Shown piece by piece: positions 7,083-11,574 of a stretch of 11,574 bases of DNA; the stretch's first letter is position 1, and every line of letters begins with the position of its first letter. Location of the stretch: positions 1-11,574 of the forward strand of contig JAFGGO010000064.1 of the NCBI GenBank assembly GCA_016930515.1, written 5' to 3'. This stretch comes from Promethearchaeota archaeon. GTDB lineage: Archaea > Asgardarchaeota > Lokiarchaeia > Sigyniarchaeales > SOKP01. The position numbers were made by a program, and so were the translations under genes. The notes below the pieces were generated by a model. It was not told the DNA's origin. It made no database searches and saw only the letters and a list, made by a program, of their open reading frames with translations.

Positions 7083-7889
7083 ACGGACAGTCTTGAGTTA
7101 TTTATTATAGTTGTTTACAATTCGATTATTGCCATATTTGCGTGCGTGGCGTTAGGACTAGCTAGTAAAACGCAAAAGAACTTGAGATCTTGGCTTTTAG
7201 TATATATATCTTTTGCCTTAGCGAATCTTTTCTTATTTATCCGTTTTGCTTTGTTCCTGTTTTACTACTTGGCAAATATTTTCTTTGCGGTGGCAGTAGT
7301 ATTCTTGTTCGGAGTAGTATTTAAGGAATATTTCAAACTTTTCGTTAGAGCTGACCACATCAAAACGAGTTTAAAAAATACAACGATTGGTGTTTCGCTA
7401 GTTCCTCCAATAGTAATAGGGATTCAAATTTTTATGTTTATTTTTATATCGATTAGTATCTTAATGTTGATAAGAATTTATATGAAAACTCGGTCTGTCA
7501 CCAAGTTATTCTTCCTTATAAGTACCGTATCAGCGTTATTAAGCGTGCTAATGAATATTCTATATAGTTTTGGGGTTAAAGGCACTTCCTTTCTCAGTTA
7601 TCTCTTTAATGCTTTTTTTTCTACATTAATGCTATCTTCTGGATTCATTGCATTATTAGAGAAAAAGTTTTATGACACTTTGAACGAAAAAAACTCGCTA
7701 AAGGACAAATATTCTCACGATTTAGGAAATATACTCCACGTCATTTCTATGACATACGATTTATTTAACATTGATTCTGTTTCAAATTTCAAAAAGGACG
7801 AAAAAAAAGAGTCTAACGATTTAGACGATCTAATAAAGGTCAAAATAAACGAAGCATCAAAGTTGGTCAGAGATATCAGAGATCTTTAA
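7083..7889 (+). CDS. Multi-pass membrane protein with C-terminal HisKA/DHp-like segment, no HATPase domain
   Basis: About six hydrophobic helices, then H-box-like YSHDLGNILHVI and a second helix (INEASKLVRDIRDL), then stop. The frame is open upstream of the track's GTG (7146) back to 7077; GAGGT RBS at 7070-7074 precedes ACG at 7083. Confidence 0.7.
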   Translation, partial: TDSLELFIIVVYNSIIAIFACVALGLASKTQKNLRSWLLVYISFALANLFLFIRFALFLFYYLANIFFAVAVVFLFGVVFKEYFKLFVRADHIKTSLKNTTIGVSLVPPIVIGIQIFMFIFISISILMLIRIYMKTRSVTKLFFLISTVSALLSVLMNILYSFGVKGTSFLSYLFNAFFSTLMLSSGFIALLEKKFYDTLNEKNSLKDKYSHDLGNILHVISMTYDLFNIDSVSNFKKDEKKESNDLDDLIKVKINEASKLVRDIRDL

Positions 7890-8042
7890 TTTTAGGAAAA
7901 AAATTAAATAAAATCCAATTTTTAAAAAAAAGAAAGTGAGTTAGCTAATTTCTATTTTCTTTCTTTATATTTGGGTTTTTAATTATCGAAATACTGCCTA
8001 TTAACCAGTAGCTTAATAAATTAGCAGATATAATTAATTTGC

Positions 8043-8639
8043 ATGGAACAAAAAGAAAATTTACTTCTTGGAATATGTGGTAGCCCGAGAAATCAAGGTA
8101 CGGAATACGCCGTTAAATATGCCTTGGATTACGCTAAAGAGAAGTTTGATTTTAAAACGGAATTTTGGAGCGTTAGAGGTAAAACCATAAAGTTTTGCAT
8201 CCATTGCGACTATTGCATTCGAGAGAAAAAAGGATGCATGCATGTTGATAACTTGGATGAACTTTATTCCTTACTAAAGGAAGCTAAATTCCTCCTCCTT
8301 GGAACACCCGTTTTTCAAGGAAATTTATCAGGACAACTCAAGACTGTAATGGATCGCTGTCGGGCTTTAATCGCGTTAAATCCAGATGTATTCAAGGGAA
8401 AAGTTGGGATGGCACTAGCGGTCGGTGGAGATCGGAGCGGAGGACAAGAAATCGCAATCAGGACGATACTTGATTTTTTTCAGCAAAATCACGTGATTTC
8501 CGTTTCTGGAGGAGCTTTTGGAGCAAATATTGGAGCAAGTTTATGGACGAGAGATCAGGGAAGAAAAGGCGTGGAACAGGATGAAGAGGGCCTTAGAGCG
8601 ATCAGGAAAGTCGTTAAAAGAATGGCAGATTTCTTATAA
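8043..8639 (+). CDS. Iron-sulfur flavoprotein (Isf-like; flavodoxin-fold NADPH-dependent FMN reductase family)
   Basis: GICGSPR FMN-phosphate loop, compact CIHCDYC-x6-C 4Fe-4S motif, GTPVFQGNLSGQLKTVMDR and GGDRSGGQE motifs. Confidence 0.9.
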   Translation: MEQKENLLLGICGSPRNQGTEYAVKYALDYAKEKFDFKTEFWSVRGKTIKFCIHCDYCIREKKGCMHVDNLDELYSLLKEAKFLLLGTPVFQGNLSGQLKTVMDRCRALIALNPDVFKGKVGMALAVGGDRSGGQEIAIRTILDFFQQNHVISVSGGAFGANIGASLWTRDQGRKGVEQDEEGLRAIRKVVKRMADFL

Positions 8640-8693
8640 AATCTTGTTAATATTCTTCAAGTGTTTCCATTAAAAAAATTAATAAAAATAAAA

Positions 8694-8990
8694 TTATTTT
8701 ACATCGAATAATTTTTTTGCTTCCTTTTCTCTCAAACCCGACACTCCCCACAACTCCTTGAACCAATATTTTCCCTTATGAATGACCACGGGTGTGTTCA
8801 CGACGCATTTATCCTCGTCGCAAAATATTTTCAGGAAGTTTGGATCGTGCACTAGCTGGTCCACGAGTTCTTTGTCTTCGATACTTTTTTCTACATACTG
8901 GACATTCTTTTTCTTTAGCCAATCTTTTAGATCGTGACAATGAGAACAACCTTCTTTTGTGATAACAATGGGTAATTGCATTTCCGTCAT
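8694..8990 (-). CDS. Glutaredoxin-like protein
   Basis: N-terminal TKEGCSHC active site, K.WL....V.Y.E.SI segment, cis-Pro-like NTPVVI..GK. Confidence 0.82.
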   Translation of the reverse strand: MTEMQLPIVITKEGCSHCHDLKDWLKKKNVQYVEKSIEDKELVDQLVHDPNFLKIFCDEDKCVVNTPVVIHKGKYWFKELWGVSGLREKEAKKLFDVK

Positions 8991-9116
8991 GATAGTTACA
9001 GAATCGAAATTAAATATAAAAGATTACTCTTTTAAATTAAAAAATAAATTATTGAATTTTCTCTCTTAAAGATTTAAAACCTTTTACTTTTCCATTAAAA
9101 GAACTTCAAATGAGAG

Positions 9117-11273
9117 TTATTGGACATCCAATTGATTTTTACAATAGGGGCAATTTAATAATATTTCCTCGTCGCAGGTCTCTAATTCTTCGCTTTTTAA
9201 AATGTTCTTCCAGCACACGAGCTTGTCACCTTTTAAAATCATGTCTCTCCCGTGATGTTGAGGAATGATGTCCTTTGTCTTGCAATGGGAACAAATCAGC
9301 GAAGTTGCTTGCGATTCGATCTCTTCTATGGGCATTTGTTTGTATAAGAACTTATAACGGAAGATAGTCATTCCGTTTGCGAGTACGAGCAATGAAACGC
9401 CCATATCGCCAATACCTACGGCTAACCAGAGTGTCATGAGTCCAATTACGGTTAAAAACGCAAAAGTGAGCTTTATTGAAATAGAAGTCCAAATATTTTG
9501 TTTAATTTTTTTGTTCGTTTTTTTTGCAATATCCACGAAAGTAAGAATCTTTTTAAGATCGTCGTTAATTATAATTACATCGGCAGTCTCAACGGTAATA
9601 TCTGTCGCTGATGCACCAATTGCTATCCCTAAATCAGATAATGCCAAAGCAGGAGCGTCATTGATCCCATCTCCGACCATCGCAACGCCTTTATATTTCT
9701 TTTTTAAATCTTTTATTTCCTCTGATTTTTGGTTTGGTAACCTCTCACCTAGCGACTCATCTATATCCAAACAGGACCCTATTGTATTGCATACGAGTTG
9801 ATTGTCGCCTGAAATTAATACAGTCTTAAATCCACGCTTTTTTAAACCTTCAATAATGATTGGTGCAGTCACTCTAAGCACGTCCCGTATAGTGATAAAA
9901 CCGATAAATTTAGTATCGAGAGCTAATAAGATTGGAATGGTGCCTAACTGTTCGACTTCTTCTAAGTCCTTTATAGGTAGATCAACACCGAATTCTTCCA
10001 GATACGCTTGATTTCCAATTCGATAGGTTTTACCCTCAATTTCACCTTGGATCCCCTTGCCTTTCGCAATTTCAAAATTATTTACGGGATAAAACGATAT
10101 TTCTAACGTGCTAGTTTGATTCGTTATGGCTTTTCCTATTGGATGTTCCGAAAGAGATTCCAAGCTTCCGGCAATCTTCAGAAGTTCGCTTTTTTCAAGT
10201 CCATTATATGGTACGATATCAAATATTTTAAGCTTTCCTTCCGTCAATGTTCCCGTTTTATCAAACGCAAATACTTCAATTTCTTTTACCTTCTCTATAA
10301 AACGATTTCCTTTGACTAAAATTCCTTCTCTTGCGAGTTTTGTAAGTGAGGCGATGTTAGCTAAGGGTGTTGACAATGTTAATGCGCACGGACAGGAAAC
10401 CACGAGGAGAACCAGCCCTCTATAAAACCAATCGTAAAAATTATGAAAGAAGAATTGAGGGACAATCATTACTGTCAAGGATAATGCTAAAATAACCGGC
10501 GTGTAATATTTTGCAAATTTTTCAATAAATTTTTCTTGCTTGCTCCTATTTAATTGGGCAGTTCTCACACTGTCAGCGATCTGTGCAACCAAAGTATTCG
10601 TGCTTTCCTTTAAAACGGTCATGTCTATAAAACTATCTGAATTTAGGCTAGCTGCAAATATTTCATCACCTTCTTTTTTATAAACGGGAATTGATTCACC
10701 AGTTATCGCGCTTTCGTTGAAATATGAACTTCCTTTTATTATTCTACCGTCTAAAGGCACCTTCATTCCCGGTTTAATGCCAACTATTTCCCCAATTTTG
10801 ACATCCTTCGATAGTACACTCTTATATCCCTTTTCTGTTTTCAATAAAGCTTCGTCTGGTGCTAGCTCTAATAAGTCCTTTATTGCGTTTCGGGACTTAT
10901 CTGCCGTTATTTCTTCTAATTTTTCGGCAATTGAATATAATAAAATTGCCATTGCACCTTCTTGACCGTGTAGTATGAAAAAGGACGCAATTGCTGCGAT
11001 AACCATTAATATATTAGCAGATATTCTCTTATTTTTTAAGTCTTCGATGGCTTCCAACACCACTCCTGGACTCGAAAACATTATCGATGTAAAAGCAAGT
11101 ATTTGAGAGATAATTACCTCTTCAAGAACAAACTCTACAAATATTGCAATACCAATCAATATTGCTGATGGAATGATAAAAAACCAGAACTTTTCTTCAA
11201 AAAACGATTCTTTTTCTTCCTCGATTTCTCCTAATGGAACTTCGCAAATAGAACTAGAGCAGGCGTGCGTCAC
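9117..11273 (-). CDS. zntA: Heavy-metal P1B-type ATPase, probably Zn/Cd/Pb-exporting (P1B-2)
   Basis: TGES, SCPCAL, DKTGTLT, SEHP and GDGINDAP motifs. Lys in the penultimate TM and Asp (GDMG) in the last TM fit P1B-2. Start placed at GTG 11273-11271 because the track's GTG at 11282 lies inside an AGGTGA RBS. Confidence 0.9.
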   Translation of the reverse strand: MTHACSSSICEVPLGEIEEEKESFFEEKFWFFIIPSAILIGIAIFVEFVLEEVIISQILAFTSIMFSSPGVVLEAIEDLKNKRISANILMVIAAIASFFILHGQEGAMAILLYSIAEKLEEITADKSRNAIKDLLELAPDEALLKTEKGYKSVLSKDVKIGEIVGIKPGMKVPLDGRIIKGSSYFNESAITGESIPVYKKEGDEIFAASLNSDSFIDMTVLKESTNTLVAQIADSVRTAQLNRSKQEKFIEKFAKYYTPVILALSLTVMIVPQFFFHNFYDWFYRGLVLLVVSCPCALTLSTPLANIASLTKLAREGILVKGNRFIEKVKEIEVFAFDKTGTLTEGKLKIFDIVPYNGLEKSELLKIAGSLESLSEHPIGKAITNQTSTLEISFYPVNNFEIAKGKGIQGEIEGKTYRIGNQAYLEEFGVDLPIKDLEEVEQLGTIPILLALDTKFIGFITIRDVLRVTAPIIIEGLKKRGFKTVLISGDNQLVCNTIGSCLDIDESLGERLPNQKSEEIKDLKKKYKGVAMVGDGINDAPALALSDLGIAIGASATDITVETADVIIINDDLKKILTFVDIAKKTNKKIKQNIWTSISIKLTFAFLTVIGLMTLWLAVGIGDMGVSLLVLANGMTIFRYKFLYKQMPIEEIESQATSLICSHCKTKDIIPQHHGRDMILKGDKLVCWKNILKSEELETCDEEILLNCPYCKNQLDVQ

Positions 11274-11290
11274 TTTTTTCACCTATGATA

Positions 11291-11327
11291 TTTATGAAAT
11301 TACTTCATAAAAGGTTCACTTTTATGA
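11291..11327. promoter_or_regulatory. Two overlapping inverted repeats upstream of the ATPase; putative metalloregulator operator
   Basis: TTTATGAA-N5-TTCATAAA (11291-11311) and TCATAAAAG-N5-CTTTTATGA (11305-11327), just upstream of the RBS. Confidence 0.55.
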
Positions 11328-11574
11328 TAAATAAAACAAGTATGTTTTTAGGAATTTAAAAAAAACTCGCATATTGTTTTTTTTTATAAAAATTCTAATA
11401 TTTATAATAACATAAATCTAAAGCAATAAAAGAATATATATTAGGATTTCAATTATTTTTTTTCCTCAATCCTACAATCATTTTTTGAACTAGTATATAA
11501 TAGAAAGTAAATCTCGGAGCAAAAATTTGTTAAACTAATAACTTGAAAGCTTTATTGTTTTATGATCCATAATA

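Noticed and set aside
1567-10965. Short antisense or overlapping ORFs in the track (e.g. 1567-1776, 2524-2763, 2984-3208, 3607-3978, 4127-4351, 4434-4658, 5205-5540, 6108-6311, 9436-9801, 10126-10425, 10717-10965)
   Set aside because: They shadow well-supported genes on the opposite strand and show no recognisable motifs.

Overview
AT-rich prokaryotic window, probably archaeal. GGTGA/GAGGTGA ribosome-binding sites, T-tract terminators and an HTH_10 regulator point that way; an Asgard/Lokiarchaeia-like host is inference only. It holds a compact redox/stress and metal-homeostasis region. The centre is a CooS (Ni,Fe-CODH-family) gene whose active-site residues resemble a hybrid-cluster protein (Cys295-equivalent is Glu, His561-equivalent is Glu, catalytic His93-equivalent is Tyr), so it is probably not a CO dehydrogenase. 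It is divergent from an NAD(P)H:FAD oxidoreductase with a fused C-terminal rubredoxin, followed by a 46-aa stand-alone rubredoxin-like gene missing from the ORF track. A second divergent pair encodes a cupin and a ferredoxin-domain protein of the type often found beside hcp. Both divergent promoters carry the identical palindrome GAACATGTTC, and a Bat/HTH_10-type regulator lies adjacent. Further on are a membrane protein ending in a HisKA-like helix pair with no ATPase domain (apparent ACG start), an iron-sulfur flavoprotein, a glutaredoxin-like protein, and a P1B-type Zn/Cd ATPase with a Cys/His-rich C-terminal tail and overlapping inverted repeats just upstream. No RNA genes, CRISPR arrays or mobile elements were recognised.
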